A stretch of 15,516 nucleotides of DNA, from contig JANNWY010000208.1 of the NCBI GenBank assembly GCA_031409335.1, positions 1-15,516 on the forward strand, read 5' to 3'. Under the pieces are notes generated by a model. The model ran no database searches, had not been told where the DNA came from, and saw only the letters and a program-made list of their open reading frames with translations. Positions 15,391 to 15,516 of the stretch are shown one piece after another (the first letter of the stretch is position 1; the number at the start of each line of letters is the position of its first letter). The position numbers and the translations under genes were made by a program. This stretch comes from Chthoniobacteraceae bacterium. Lineage in GTDB: Bacteria; Verrucomicrobiota; Verrucomicrobiia; Chthoniobacterales; Chthoniobacteraceae.

Positions 15391-15516
15391 AAAACCTTCC
15401 AACAAGGCAGAGCTAGAAGGATAGATTGAGGCAATATGTTTGAGCGACGCGAAGACAGCGAAAAACAAAAAGAACTCTGGGTGCTTGCAGGAGAGTTACC
15501 CGAAGCCACGCCCGAC
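15380..15516 (+). mobile_element. Left end of an IS1182/IS5-like insertion sequence (partial)
   Basis: CTAA (15376-15379) followed by CAGCCTGTTGAAAAAC, a terminal-IR pattern typical of these elements, then an SD (GAGG) and an ORF running off the window. Confidence 0.65.
15436..15516 (+). CDS. Probable transposase N-terminus (partial, 27 aa)
   Basis: MFERREDSEKQKELWVLAGELPEATPD resembles the Q.xLF/W...LP N-terminus of DUF772-containing transposases; GAGG upstream; 56 nt inside the IR. Confidence 0.55.
   Translation, partial: MFERREDSEKQKELWVLAGELPEATPD

Noticed and set aside
139..15516. Whole region as a composite transposon
   Set aside because: The flanking IS ends belong to different elements with non-matching IRs, and the interior has host-like metabolic genes

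Overview
High-GC bacterial window, most likely Verrucomicrobia (Chthoniobacter-like); this is inferred from the PEP-CTERM protein, the LTD/CotH giant protein and the SD-less C/A-rich leaders. The left end (1-790) is a cluster of mobile-element remnants: an IS3-type end inserted in an IS5 transposase, which also carries a 61-bp hairpin-rich insertion, then heptad repeats and an IS91-like fragment. Next is a divergent gene pair, a 226-aa PEP-CTERM protein and a ~1930-aa secreted lamin-tail/CotH-kinase protein. The whole PEP-CTERM mature domain is visibly homologous to the N-terminal domain of the CotH protein, which is the most interesting observation here. A minus-strand run follows: HAD-IIB hydrolase, a small-protein/nucleotidyltransferase (toxin-antitoxin-like) pair, mmsA/iolA, a SAM methyltransferase and an orphan gene. 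A plus-strand run holds a small coiled-coil protein and a sugar-acid operon (uxaE, IolO/DTE-like epimerase, RbsD/FucU). The window ends with an ORF truncated by the start of an IS1182/IS5-like element. All family calls come from motif recognition by eye; no database searches were run.
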